In this document: piece by piece, positions 1 to 11,400 of the stretch
Numbering within the stretch: the stretch's first letter is position 1
Layout: every line of letters begins with the position of its first letter
Source of the DNA: Ostreococcus lucimarinus
Taxonomy: Eukaryota
Strand: one strand, 5' to 3'
NCBI GenBank assembly: GCA_000092065.1
Contig: CP000581.1
DNA length: 64,000 nucleotides
The notes under the pieces: model-generated
Told to the model about the DNA's origin: nothing
The model's input: only the letters and a program-made list of their open reading frames with translations
The model's database searches: none
Made by a program: the position numbers and the translations under genes

Positions 1-240
1 CTTATCCGCCCTCAGGAACCGCTCGCACGTCTCGCGCGTGCACCACGCGTCGACGTCGTCGTCGCGCGCCGCCGCGAGCGCATCCGCGACGCGTCGTCGC
101 ACGGCGTCGACCGCCTCGGGCGCGATCGCGGTTCGCATGCGCGCCGTGATGGACACCTTATCGCGAAGCGCGACGTCGCGACTCGTCGTCGACGTCGACG
201 CGTCTTCCGCCCGCCGCGTCGCGCGCGCGCCGTTCGCCAT
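1..240 (-). CDS. 5' coding exon of a SEC14/CRAL-TRIO-like protein, partial (continues past the left edge)
   Basis: Real ATG (cat at 238-240 on + strand). Minus-strand translation is MANGARATRRAEDASTSTTSRDVALRDKVSITARMRTAIAPEAVDAVRRRVADALAAARDDDVDAWCTRETCERFLRADK. The ...ERFLRA.K stretch resembles the CRAL-TRIO N-terminal motif (..LLRFLRARKFD..). Composition is not the R/A noise of spurious GC ORFs. Confidence 0.3.
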   Translation of the reverse strand, partial: MANGARATRRAEDASTSTTSRDVALRDKVSITARMRTAIAPEAVDAVRRRVADALAAARDDDVDAWCTRETCERFLRADK

Positions 241-469
241 CGCGCGCCGCGCTCCGACGCGCGCGACGCCGAGCGCGACGACGCCGGCGCGATCGCGACG
301 CGTTTCAGTGCGTTTCAGTGAGACGTCATTTATACACCCGGTCGCAACGCACATAGCGATATCGCGCGTGGTGTACGTACATGCGTACATGCGCGCGCGT
401 CGCACGCCCCGCACGCGCGCGTCGAACGTGGGGCAGCGCGGCGTCGCGGACGTCACAAATACGCACCCC
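241..469. promoter_or_regulatory. Divergent intergenic/promoter region between the SEC14-like gene (-) and GAPDH (+)
   Basis: Contains a tandem decamer gcgtttcagt x2 (301-320) and a locally AT-richer tract (gtacgtacatgcgtacatgcg, 378-400). No ORF with coding-like composition. Confidence 0.3.
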
Positions 470-2354
470 ATGTCCGCCGCCGTTAAGGTGCGCGATCGAC
501 GCGCGAGACGACGCGATCGGACGACGACGGCGCGATCGCGACGTCGCGACGTCGCGACGCGCGGTCGCGACGTCGGCGACGGCGCGATGACGGACGCGGG
601 ACGAGCGATCGCGGATAATCATCTCATCGACGCCATCGGCGACGACGATCGGGGACCGCGGGCGTCGAGCGCGGACGCGCGCGCGCGCGAGGACGCGAGG
701 GACTGACGGAAAGAATTTTGTGCGTCGCGATCGCAGACCGTCGAACTCACCGCCCGCACCGCGCTCGCGGGTAACTTCCGCAAGGCGACCGCGCCGCGCG
801 CGGCCGCGAAGGTGCGTGACCGCGCGGAACTCGGCGCGCGCGCGACGCGCGAGCGCGCGCGACGTCGACGGGGGTGCGCGGAGACTGACGAATGGGGTGT
901 TTGCGCGTCTAGGCCAACGTGAACGTGGTGACCGAGGCGAAGGTTAAGGTTGCCATCAACGGTTTCGGCCGCATCGGTGCGTGCGATCGCGGATAAGGGT
1001 CGCGATGCGATTGTCGCGATGTCGATGCGTTTCGCGCGTCGTGTGCGCGGTGTTCGCGCGATGTGAGGCGAACGAGGGCGCGCGGTGATTGGGAGAATAT
1101 GCGCGCAGCGCTCGTGCGTCGAGGGAGGGCGCGCGCGAGGCGCGCGAGGCGCGCGAGGGTGCGATCGACGCCGGGGTGCGCGCACGTGGCACCCTGGGGA
1201 TTTTTATGACTTTTAGCTCGCGCGCGTGGGCACGACTCGAACGACGCGACTGACGATGAAATGAACGCTTGTGGGCGATTTAAAACACAGGCCGCAACTT
1301 CGTGCGATGCTGGAAGAGCCGTGGCCCGGACTGCCCGCTCCAAGTCGTGTGCGTGAACCAATCCGGCGGCGCCAAGCCGGCGGCGCACTTGCTCAAGTAC
1401 GACTCCATCTTGGGTACGTTCAAGTCTGACGTCAAGGTTGTCGACGACGCCACGATCTCCGTCGATGGTGACATCATCAAGGTTGTGTCCGATCGCGACC
1501 CGCTCAACTTGCCGTGGAAGGAAATGGGCATCGACATCGTCATCGAAGGTACGGGCGTCTTCCTCGACGGCCCGGGCGCGGGCAAGCACATCCAAGCCGG
1601 CGCCAAGAAGGTTGTTATCACCGCCCCGGCCAAGGGCTCCGACATCCCGACCTACGTCGTCGGTGTGAACGCCGACCAATACGACAACTCTGCCAACATT
1701 GTCTCCAACGCGTCGTGCACCACCAACTGCTTGGCGCCGTTCGCCAAGGTGATCGACGACAAGTTCGGCATCGTCAAGGGTACGATGACCACCACGCACT
1801 CTTACACTGGTGATCAACGCATCTTGGATGCGTCCCACCGTGACTTGCGCCGTGCTCGTGCCGCCGCCTTGAACATCGTGCCGACCTCCACCGGTGCCGC
1901 CAAGGCTGTTGCGCTCGTCTTGCCGCAACTCAAGGGTAAGCTCAACGGTATCGCGCTTCGCGTGCCGACGCCGAACGTGTCCGTCGTCGACCTCGTCGTC
2001 AACGTTGAGAAGAAGGGCGTCACCGCTGAAGAAGTCAACGCCGCGTTCAAGGAAGCGCAAGATGGCCCGATGAAGGGTGTTCTTGCGATCACCGATGTCC
2101 CGCTCGTGTCTGTCGATTTCCGGTGCACCGACGTGTCCACCACCATTGACGCGGCTCTCACCATGGTGATGGGCGATGACATGGTCAAGGTTGTCGCGTG
2201 GTATGACAACGAATGGGGTTACACCCAACGCGTCGTCGACCTCTCCCTCATCGTCGCCAACGGCCTCATCAACGAAGGTGTTGCCTCCGCCGACCCGATG
2301 GACCAACTCTGCGCGGATGATCCCTCGGCGGACGAATGCAAGGTGTTCGATTAA
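470..2354 (+). CDS. GAPB: Plastid GapA/B-type glyceraldehyde-3-phosphate dehydrogenase (NADP-dependent), GapB-like with CP12-like C-terminal extension; inferred 4 exons
   Basis: Main exon 1291-2354 encodes ..[72 protein letters not shown].., nearly identical to plant GapA/B. The tail ..[20 protein letters not shown] is a two-Cys CP12-like extension. Exon 913-976 (..[14 protein letters not shown]) joins via intron 977-1290 (donor gtgcgt, branch actgac, acceptor cag). Upstream exons are inferred from the intron grammar: 470-487 (MSAAVK) and 737-811 (..[11 protein letters not shown]), giving a short transit peptide. The main exon is certain; the 5' exons are moderate confidence. Confidence 0.8.
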
Positions 2355-2692
2355 ACCATTTTTTCGATCAACTTCATCGAGCGATGTTGGCGAGTGGACG
2401 AGGCGTGAGACGTAATTATTACGTCGTTGCGCCCTTGATTTCTCGCGCGATTTACCAGCGTATTAACACACACTTCTGTAATCAGAATCTAGAGACAGAT
2501 TTGAAAGAACCGCGTTCGCCTCGACGTAATTTTTCCGTCTCGACTCGAAAGCGCTGTACTTAACGTGGCGTCCTGCAAAGTTGCATTACAAATATATTGA
2601 ATCAATGACCTGTCGTCGATGAAAGAATATCACGAAATGAAGACGAGCGCGCGTCTCGATTGTCGTGTGCGCGTGCGAGAGGATGGGGATGG

Positions 2693-3715
2693 TCACAGGA
2701 TTGGATTTTCGCCCGAGAAGGACATTTGAGCGGTTATGGCGCTCAGCTTTTGGGTGAGCAGATAGTTGGCCATCTGTACGCCTTCTGCGCTACCCGAGAT
2801 GACGACTTTTCGATTGCGCGTGCCTTCGAAGAAGTCGTCGCGGTCACTGACTTTGATGCGGCACCCGCTCGCGACTTGAACCTCGGCAATGGTGCGGCCG
2901 CCGCGACCGAGCACGGCGCCGATGAGCGAGTCGGGGATGGTGACGAGGATGGAAGTCTCGTCATCCCTCCCACCGCCCTGACCGGCGCCATAACGTCGTG
3001 GCGTGGCGCGATTAAATTCGCCGCTTCTCCGTCCGCCTCCACCACCTTGCAACGAAAGCGGCGATTGCACGCTGTACGTACTCTGTCGATGCACGAGGGT
3101 GGCGTACGCGGGATCTTCGCACAGCGTCGTCGCCACGAGAGCCACCGCTCGTAAAACGCAATCAATCGTTCCAGTGATCGTCAGCGTGCGATCATTACAC
3201 CCGGGAAGCATCCGATCTTGATTACTCAGCTTAATGTCCGCCTGCGAATCCTCCACAAAGCTTCGTATCTTCGATCCGCCCTTCCCGATGATGCACCCGC
3301 ACGAGCTGTTGGGCACCACCAGCGCCACCTGAGGCTGTCCCATGCGATCGATGCCCTCGCCGTCCGCCACCAGCTTCGTGATGATCAAGTGCAACACCTG
3401 CAATATCGCGCTCAGATCCCCGCTCACGATCACCACGCGATCATTCGTCCCCGGAAACACCTCGCGATTCCTCGACAACTGAATGCGCGCCCCCGTGAGC
3501 GCCTGAAACTCGTTGATCGTCGCCCCTCCCTTCCCGATCACGCTCCCCGCCGCGCTCGGCGAGATCAAAAACTTGAGCGTGAACGATCCATCGTCGATCG
3601 GCGCCGCGCTCTCCCCGCCGTCGTCGCTCGCGTCACCGCCCGCGTCGTCCGCGTCGCGCGCCGCGTTCCCATCGTCGCCGCGCGCGTCGCGCGCGCCGTC
3701 GTCGTTCGACGACAT
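2693..3715 (-). CDS. Triple-KH-domain RNA-binding protein (PCBP/hnRNP-K/Nova-like)
   Basis: Three type-I KH cores with GXXG loops: SVIGKGGATINEFQ, CIIGKGGSKIRSFVE and GAVLGRGGRTIAEVQ. Start taken at ATG 3715 (MSSNDDGARD..). The longer ORF to 4042 would overlap the neighbouring gene and is R-rich. Confidence 0.7.
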   Translation of the reverse strand: MSSNDDGARDARGDDGNAARDADDAGGDASDDGGESAAPIDDGSFTLKFLISPSAAGSVIGKGGATINEFQALTGARIQLSRNREVFPGTNDRVVIVSGDLSAILQVLHLIITKLVADGEGIDRMGQPQVALVVPNSSCGCIIGKGGSKIRSFVEDSQADIKLSNQDRMLPGCNDRTLTITGTIDCVLRAVALVATTLCEDPAYATLVHRQSTYSVQSPLSLQGGGGGRRSGEFNRATPRRYGAGQGGGRDDETSILVTIPDSLIGAVLGRGGRTIAEVQVASGCRIKVSDRDDFFEGTRNRKVVISGSAEGVQMANYLLTQKLSAITAQMSFSGENPIL

Positions 3716-3995
3716 CCGCCGCGCGCGCGACGCCGCGACGCCGCGACGCCGCGGTCCGACCGTCCGACCGTCCGACCGTCCGGTCGCGCGGTCGCGCGGT
3801 CGCTCGGTCGCGCGTCGTCGACGCGTCGCCGTGTCGCGCGCGCGCGCCGACGTGCTGACGCGACGCTGACGCGGACGCGCCGCGGGCGATCCGCACGCGG
3901 GTCTCATCACATGGGCCCGAACGCGCGTTAAACGCGGGGAAATCTTCGTAAAGGAGTGCGGGTGACATAACAAGTTGGAGTGATCAAAGCATCGT

Positions 3996-5516
3996 CTAGT
4001 CCAAAGCGAGCACGGTGATATCCGAGCAATCGCGGCCGTCATCCGCGAGGACGCACTCGAATCGAGCCAACATCGTCTTCATTTTACTCCTCGTGATGCT
4101 CGCGGGCGTGAGTTTCTTGAGTCTTTCCTGGTCGCCGAGACTCGCCCCGCGTTCTTCTTTCATCTTCTCCCAGTCCTCGGCGGAACGAATTCCAACACAC
4201 AACTCTTCGGAGTTATACTTCGCGAGGCATTCTAAACGAGCTTCAATCATTATCATACCAGGCGACTTGCCTAAGCCACAGTCGCAGTGCAGCGTCGTCC
4301 AGGATCGCATGTGACGCAAGACTTCTGGGCTCCCGAAATCCCAAGTCTCGCCCGGGAGCTTGTTGACATCGGCACACCCTGAACCGTAGTCATCGTATGA
4401 CAGTGCGAACGCATGCGCTTCGCCTTTCATACTGAGTTCGTTGATGGCCTGCGCTACACGTTCTTGTTCCATCGGGTGAGGACCGTAATTCAAAGCGAGC
4501 CGCTGGATTTTCAGCGTCGTCGGCGACGCGCGCCAGAAGACTTGGCCCGAGTTGAAATTCCAAGCGTCTTGATGGTGTTGTTTAGCGTTCTCATTCTTTT
4601 GCATATATGGGTAGCGTCCACGGTACAGCGCGTTATATCCGATCCAGTCTTGTTGATAAAACACATTTGTGCGCGGATGTTCGCGGACTAAACGCCCCAA
4701 GTCTGGGACTTTAAAAAGGAGAACATCCGTGTCGAAGATGAAAAAGTCCACATTCGCGGCGAGCAATCCGAGAGTGACTTTTTGTTTGAACCAAGTCAGC
4801 TGTTTGTATTTGAGGTCGTCGGCGTGCCCGCCCGAGTGCACCAAGCCGTCGAACGCGTGCCCGTCGGCGTATTGCAAGCAGTGAAACAGCTTCTCGCTTT
4901 CGCACTTCCTCGTCGCGTCGGCGTCCAGCGTGATCAAAATGTACCGCTCAATGAAGCACGTTTGATTCACAACGCGCTGCGTCGATAATTTGGCGGTCTC
5001 ATAGTTTTCCGAATCCGCGATGGAGACAAAGAGCGTGTTCGCCGGCGCGCACGACGACGGCGTCTTCGCGCGCTGCTGCGCAAACGGGTGCAACTGTTTA
5101 TACCACGAGCAATCCCTCGGCGTGATCTTGTGTTCGGTCTCGTGTGCCCTGTCATCGTCTCCGTTCATCGCGTTCGGGTAGTCGCTCGTCATCGCCGGCA
5201 GGCACGACAAGTTGCCGCCGACGCGCTCGAAGTCGTAAAAGTCGCCGCCGAGCGTGGCGGCGTCCCCTTCCAAATCCATCGCGTCCGCCTTCGCCGAGCG
5301 CGCGCGCGCGCCGAGCGGTTGGACGGACGCATCGCGCGCGGAGTTGACGCTCGAGACGATCGCCGCCCCGACGAGGAGCGCGCACGCCGAGCCGACCGCG
5401 AGCGTCGTCTTCAGGCTCAGGCTCGAGCGTCGACTTTGGTGTTGCGCGCGATCCGTCGCGGTCAACGACGCCGGCGCGTCGACCAAGGGCGCGGACTCCT
5501 CGAGCGAGCCCGACAT
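3996..5516 (-). CDS. Type-II membrane glycosyltransferase, Nucleotid_trans (PF03407/GT77-like) family, copy 1
   Basis: 506 aa, real ATG at 5516. N-terminal hydrophobic anchor (LAVGSACALLVGAAIVSSV). DxD-type motif ANVDFFIFDTDVLLFKVPDLG and downstream NFNSGQVFWRASP, typical of nucleotide-diphospho-sugar transferases. Confidence 0.7.
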   Translation of the reverse strand: MSGSLEESAPLVDAPASLTATDRAQHQSRRSSLSLKTTLAVGSACALLVGAAIVSSVNSARDASVQPLGARARSAKADAMDLEGDAATLGGDFYDFERVGGNLSCLPAMTSDYPNAMNGDDDRAHETEHKITPRDCSWYKQLHPFAQQRAKTPSSCAPANTLFVSIADSENYETAKLSTQRVVNQTCFIERYILITLDADATRKCESEKLFHCLQYADGHAFDGLVHSGGHADDLKYKQLTWFKQKVTLGLLAANVDFFIFDTDVLLFKVPDLGRLVREHPRTNVFYQQDWIGYNALYRGRYPYMQKNENAKQHHQDAWNFNSGQVFWRASPTTLKIQRLALNYGPHPMEQERVAQAINELSMKGEAHAFALSYDDYGSGCADVNKLPGETWDFGSPEVLRHMRSWTTLHCDCGLGKSPGMIMIEARLECLAKYNSEELCVGIRSAEDWEKMKEERGASLGDQERLKKLTPASITRSKMKTMLARFECVLADDGRDCSDITVLALD

Positions 5517-5860
5517 GGTGATCTCTTGGATATCCTTGGATCTCTTGACTTAGAGTCGACGGACGAGCGAGCGATGTGCCGAACTGTGCCGCTCGCTCGC
5601 GGAGGGTGTTCAGACGGAGTGCTCGTCGAAGCGGTTCGCGAAGCAAACAGCCGCGTCGGCGGAAACGAACGAGCGAAGTCACCGCTCAGCTCGAGACACG
5701 CCTGGATCTGACGATATTAAACATGGACACAGGCTTAGCCGAGGCGAGAGGCGTAGCTCGAGCGTCTAGACCTCGGCGACGATCGCTTTCGCCACCGCCG
5801 CGCTCGGAGGCGCTTTCCCGGTGCGGGTGACATAACAAGTTGGAGTGATCAAATCATCGT

Positions 5861-7381
5861 CTAGTCCAAAGCGAGCACGGTGATATCCGAGCAATCGCGG
5901 CCGTCATCCGCGAGGACGCACTCGAATCGAGCTAACATCGTCTTCATTTTACTCCTCGTGATGCTTGCAGGCGTGAGTTTCTTGAGTCTTTCCTGGTCGC
6001 CGAGACTCGCCCCGCGTTCTTCTTTCATCTTCTCCCAGTCCTCGGCGGAACGAATTCCAACACACAACTCTTCGGAGTTATACTTCGCGAGGCATTCTAA
6101 ACGAGCTTCAATCATTATCATACCAGGCGACTTGCCTAAGCCACAGTCGCAGTGCAGCGTCGTCCAGGATCGCATGTGACGCAAGACTTCTGGGCTCCCG
6201 AAATCCCAAGTCTCGCCCGGGAGCTTGTTGACATCGGCACACCCTGAACCGTAGTCATCGTATGACAGTGCGAACGCATGCGCTTCGCCTTTCATACTGA
6301 GTTCGTTGATGGCCTGCGCTACACGTTCTTGTTCCATCGGGTGAGGACCGTAATTCAAAGCGAGCCGCTGGATTTTCAGCGTCGTCGGCGACGCGCGCCA
6401 GAAGACTTGGCCCGAGTTGAAATTCCAAGCGTCTTGATGGTGTTGTTTAGCGTACTCATTCTTTTGCATATATGGGTAGCGTCCACGGTACAGCGCGTTA
6501 TATCCCACCTGGCCTTGTTGATAAAACACATTTGTGTGCGGATGTTTGCGGAGTAAAAGCCCCAAGTCTGGGACTTTAAAAAGGAGAACATCCGTGTCGA
6601 AGATGAAAAAGTCCACATTCGCGGCGAGCAAACCGAGAGTGACTTTTTGTTTGAACCAAGTCAGCTGTTTGTATTTGAGGTCGTCGGCGTGCCCGCCCGA
6701 GTGCACCAAGCCGTCGAACGCGTGCCCGTCGGCGTATTGCAAGCAGTGAAACAGCTTCTCGCTTTCGCACTTCCTCGTCGCGTCGGCGTCCAGCGTGATC
6801 AAAATGTACCGCTCAATGAAGCACTTTTGATTCACAACGCGCTGCGTCGATAATTTGGCGATGTCATAGTTTTCCGAATCCGCGATGGAGACAAAGAGCG
6901 TGTTCGCCGGCGCGCACGACGACGGCGTCTTCGCGCGCTGCTGCGCAAACGGGTGCAACTGTTTATACCACGAGCAATCCCTCGGCGTGATCTTGTGTTC
7001 GGTCTCGTGTGCCCTGTCATCGTCTCCGTTCATCGCGTTCGGGTAGTCGCTCGTCATCGCCGGCAGGCACGACAAGTTGCCGCCGACGCGCTCGAAGTCG
7101 TAAAAGTCGCCGCCGAGCGTGGCGGCGTCCCCTTCCAAATCCATCGCGTCCGCCTTCGCCGAGCGCGCGCGCGCGCCGAGCGGTTGGACGGACGCATCGC
7201 GCGCGGAGTTGACGCTCGAGACGATCGCCGCCCCGACGAGGAGCGCGCACGCCGAGCCGACCGCGAGCGTCGTCTTCAGGCTCAGGCTCGAGCGTCGACT
7301 TTGGTGTTGCGCGCGATCCGTCGCGGTCAACGACGCCGGCGCGTCGACCAAGGGCGCGGACTCCTCGAGCGAGCCTGACAT
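5861..7381 (-). CDS. Type-II membrane glycosyltransferase, Nucleotid_trans family, copy 2 (tandem paralogue)
   Basis: 506 aa, real ATG at 7381. Roughly 98% identical to copy 1 (differences include ETAKLSTQRVVNQT->DIAKLSTQRVVNQK, GRLVREHPRT->GLLLRKHPHT, DWIGYN->GQVGYN, NENAKQ->NEYAKQ). Confidence 0.7.
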   Translation of the reverse strand: MSGSLEESAPLVDAPASLTATDRAQHQSRRSSLSLKTTLAVGSACALLVGAAIVSSVNSARDASVQPLGARARSAKADAMDLEGDAATLGGDFYDFERVGGNLSCLPAMTSDYPNAMNGDDDRAHETEHKITPRDCSWYKQLHPFAQQRAKTPSSCAPANTLFVSIADSENYDIAKLSTQRVVNQKCFIERYILITLDADATRKCESEKLFHCLQYADGHAFDGLVHSGGHADDLKYKQLTWFKQKVTLGLLAANVDFFIFDTDVLLFKVPDLGLLLRKHPHTNVFYQQGQVGYNALYRGRYPYMQKNEYAKQHHQDAWNFNSGQVFWRASPTTLKIQRLALNYGPHPMEQERVAQAINELSMKGEAHAFALSYDDYGSGCADVNKLPGETWDFGSPEVLRHMRSWTTLHCDCGLGKSPGMIMIEARLECLAKYNSEELCVGIRSAEDWEKMKEERGASLGDQERLKKLTPASITRSKMKTMLARFECVLADDGRDCSDITVLALD

Positions 7382-7715
7382 GGTGATCTCTTGGATATCC
7401 TTGGATCTCTTGACTTAGGGTCGACGGACGAGCGAGCGATGTGCCGAACTGTGCCGCTCGCTCGCGGAGGGTGTTCAGACGGAGTGCTCGTCGAAGCGGT
7501 TCGCGAAGCAAACAGCTGCGTCGGCGGAAACGAACGAGCGAAGTCACCGCTCAGCTCGAGACACGCCTGGATCTGACGATATACGCAACGCTATCGCGCG
7601 ATCGCCCGCCCGGCTCGACCCGTCGTCGCGCGGCGCCAACGTGTGCGGCGGCGATGAAACCACGCGCGAGCGCGGCGCGCGCGCGAGAGCGGCGCGCGCG
7701 GCGCGCGCGCGGGCG

Positions 7716-8387
7716 ATGAAGCGACCCGGGATCGCGCGCGCGGACGCGCGCGACGCGCCGTCGACGTCGTCGGACGCGATCGACGCGCGCGCGGCGAAAA
7801 AGGCGCGCGCGAACGCCGCGGGTGGACTGCTCGCGAGCATCCTCGGCGACGTGAAGCGATCGAACGCGCAGCGCGCGAAGACGGTCGTCGCGAGCGGCGG
7901 ACGCGCGATCACGAGGGATGACGTCGTGTCTCGGGAGACGAAAGCGATGGAGGCGCGAAGGAAGTTTGAGAGGGAGGTGCGGGAGAGGATCGAGCGAGAG
8001 GTGGCGGGGAGCGAGAGCGCGGAGGCGTTTTGCGAGTTTGAGACGATGGAGAAGCAGTGGAGGAACATCGTGCACGAAATCGCGGCGGAGATGAAGTTGT
8101 TTTCGGAGAGCGTGGAGGTAGGGGCGACGGGGGAGGAGAAGTTTGTGATTGTGCATAAGAAGGCGCCGGAGGTGGAGCGAGACGCGGAGTCGTTGCGAAA
8201 CGAAATCGCGGCGAGAGAGCGGGCGGGAAAACACGGTAAAAAGGGAGAGGGGTTGAGCGATAAAGCGCCGACGTACGCGGCAGATGCGGTTGAGTTGACA
8301 GTTGTGGGTACGGTGAAGCGAGACTTGCGGTCGGTGGAGGAAACGATTGCGGATATGCGCAAAGCTCGCGAGAAGACGGACGCTTGA
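7716..8387 (+). CDS. Hypothetical protein (K/E/R-rich, coiled-coil-like)
   Basis: First real ATG at 7716 (MKRPGIARAD..); the track's start at 7641 is GTG. Mixed, coding-like composition (..EKQWRNIVHEIAAEMKLFSESVEVGATGEEKFVIVHKKAPEVERD..). The antisense ORFs here are R/P/S-rich noise. No family recognised. Confidence 0.5.
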   Translation: MKRPGIARADARDAPSTSSDAIDARAAKKARANAAGGLLASILGDVKRSNAQRAKTVVASGGRAITRDDVVSRETKAMEARRKFEREVRERIEREVAGSESAEAFCEFETMEKQWRNIVHEIAAEMKLFSESVEVGATGEEKFVIVHKKAPEVERDAESLRNEIAARERAGKHGKKGEGLSDKAPTYAADAVELTVVGTVKRDLRSVEETIADMRKAREKTDA

Positions 8388-8433
8388 GTCGAGACCCTTC
8401 TAATAACAAATCGCTACGACGTATTAGGCTTAT

Positions 8434-11400
8434 TTACAGCTCATCTTTCACGTCTTCTGTTTTATCGCCGACGCGCATGCGTTCTTCGACTCGTTCGGTG
8501 AACGCGCGAACCTCCGCGTCCAAACCTGGCCACTCTTGAACGATGCGTCGCGCGCCTTCAAGTTTTGGCTCCTTCGTGAGCGGGTTGTTACACAAATCGA
8601 TCGTCTTCGCCGCAGATTTGGTCTCATTCCCACACCACGATTCGCACCACAGCCAGGGCTGCGGTAACGAAAAGATTGGCACGTCGTGCTGCGCGTAGTT
8701 TGGCAAGTCTTGATCGAGGTTCGCCAACGAACCCGGATCTCGCGAAAGTTGGTCGTACATAACTCTCAATCTATCGCCAGCCGCCATAGCGCGAAAACGA
8801 TCGAGATCCACGACGTACAGCGCACTAATATGGTACGGCCTACCTCGTAAGTGATCTCGCCAGAAGCCCTGTTTCCAAAATCTAAAGCCTTCCATTTCTT
8901 TGTTGTTGTCGCACATCGGCGTGTACCCGTACGGCGCACCGTGAAGATCCATGGTCCAAAGTTCGCTCATATCCGCTCGAACAATTTGATCGGCATCGAC
9001 AAAAATAACTTTGTTGAGCTCGAGTGGGAACAGTACGTCGAGGAACAGAATCTTATACGCCCAGATGATTCTTTGCTTCTCCGTTTGCTTGTTCAGCCAC
9101 GTCGGCCACTTGTAGCTCACGAGCTCATACTCAAAGTCGTACTCCTTTGCCATGTACGGTAAGAAATCTTTAAAGGACGGCGAAAGCCAGTTTTTGATGA
9201 ACCAGAATTTCACCGGATTCTTCGTCGAGCGCTTGACGGATGCCATCATAATTTTCAAGAATCGCTCGTACAGATGACCGGAGGCAACGCTAAAGATGTG
9301 AATACGGTCTGCCTCCTTCGTCCTCTTGAATACACTCGACAACCATCCACTATTGTCTGAGGTTGAAACTTCGTCGAGTACGTCAAGATCTTCCTTACCT
9401 TTCCGTCTCGCAAGAGATACGTCAAGTTGCCGCCCTCTGAAAGAGTCCACTAATACGTCGACGGTGGATTCGTCGTGCGAAAGCGTCAAGTCTCGCGCCT
9501 CCGAGTCGAGAAGATCTTTCACCTGAAGAAATGCGAATATGTCCGACGATCTACCAGCTCGAAGTGACAACTTGTGCATTCCAGGTGAGGCTGGAAGCTG
9601 AAAATAACCCAAGTTCGACATCACGATTGTGCCTGGATTCACGGCCACGCTCTTATCCTCGAGCACGAACTGTGTCCCTCTCGCCGGTTGACCCGTGTTG
9701 TGATCACTTGCGTGGCCAGTGACTAGCAGAGACTCGAGCAAGTACTCTGCGTGCACAGTCTTCTCCTTGATGTCTTTGAGAATCAGGTTATCCAAATCAT
9801 ATGCCGCCCTGTGAGTCGTCACCATCCACGCTTCTGGGAAATCTACGTGCATCGTGAGCGTCTTGTGGGTCGGAACATTGGTGATGAATGCACGAGGTGA
9901 TTCCGTCATCGACGACGGTGGCGCAACATAGCGGTAGTACGACTTCAACGGTAAATCCTGCAAATTCGTCATGGGATTAAGGACGACTCGAATGGTCACC
10001 GCTTCTGGCAATCGGTCTCGAAGTAGCGCGAGCACCGGCGCGACGCGTTGCGCCTCCTTACTCAAAGGATCGAGAATGGCCTCAATCTGAACGATAGTTC
10101 CGGAGCCAGTGACAAAACTTGTTGCTTTCGCGTCGTTAATGATTTCCTCCAAACTTTCCACCGTTCGCTTCGTGGATGCGCCGGCTTGTTTCATCGCAAC
10201 AATTGCTGCGGCGTCTGAGATGATGGTCGACAACAAAGCCGGTTCCATCTCCTCGGCGTCTGAGAGGATTTCTTCTTTCACCACGTCGAATACCATTTTA
10301 GATGTTTTTGTCATCTCGATGGCGGCGAGAACGTCCAGGTCTTCGGCATCCATTTGACATTGTCTGGCCATCAGATCCAGGACCCTTCCATTCGCAATAA
10401 CGGCGCACTTCGATGTCAAGTCGTAATGAGCCAGTAGTCGAAGACTTTGCGTCGCGACGTCGGCAAAAATCGTCTCGTCGCTATACAGTCGCTTAAAATC
10501 GACCAAATTCAGCCCCATTCGCTCCGCCGCATCCTCGGGCTTCACATCTTCTGCCAAGAGTTGCTCAACGAAATTGGCAATCTTAGCCCGTCGCGTAGGC
10601 AGATGCAACGCGGCTTGAATCGCGCGCGAGCGCGCTCCCATCGTCGCAGCTGCCGATGGATGAACTACTGTAAATCGCGAAAGCGAACCAGATTCGGACA
10701 ACACGTGCTTTGCAGCCGCCAGGATCAAAAGTGCGCCCCTATCACTGTCAGCGTTGGCTACGACGACGATGGACATACCTTTCACTTCGTCTGCATCGCC
10801 GCCTTGAGCGTACTTGAGCGAAGCGATTGACGAACGGTCGATGGGTAATCGATACACCGGTGCGACATCATCCTCATCCAATATCCAAGGAACATACTTA
10901 GAAACCGCTCCTTCTTGCATGAACTTCGCCACATTTTCGAGCAGGGCGCCGGCAAGTTTTCCCGCAACAACGAGTCTTCGAACTTTCTCCATCTCCTGGC
11001 GCAAGTGGTGCGATACCATTTGCTCCAACGATGCGCGATACGCCATACCTTGCGATTCATCGACGTACACACCGTTCAATACGAACGACTGTGTCATCAA
11101 GCCTTTCGCCTTCACGGCGGCGCGGACTTCGTCGATGTACTTGTCGATGCTCGTTGACGAACGAGATGCGAACTCTTCGAGCAACGTCACCGCATCAAAT
11201 TCGAGATCATCGGCAAATTCTGACAGTGTTTTCTCGAACGCATCCATCGCACCTTCCCAAGACGGCGGAGAATATACCGCGGGCGCGAAGTACGACGGTG
11301 GTCTTTCTTCCGTACGACTTTGCGCTACGTAAGACATGAAATTGTGCTGTGCGACAGGCCCATATTCGCGCAATAAGTAATTTGCGGCACGTGCAACGCG

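Larger units (their letters stand above)
3961..7590. repeat. Recent tandem segmental duplication, 2 x about 1865 bp, each unit carrying one glycosyltransferase gene
   Basis: The unit starting ggtgacataacaagttggagtgatcaaa..catcgtctagtccaaagcgagcacgg begins at 3961 and again at 5826. Copies stay near-identical through about 5720/7590 and diverge afterwards. Encoded proteins differ at only a handful of residues. Confidence 0.9.

Noticed and set aside
488-912. Alternative GAPDH model with a single 425-nt intron from MSAAVK (487) directly to 913.
   Set aside because: It would leave no transit peptide on a plastid GapB-type enzyme. A better model uses a second actgac/cag acceptor at 736 and a gtgcgt donor at 812, giving an in-phase 25-codon middle exon.
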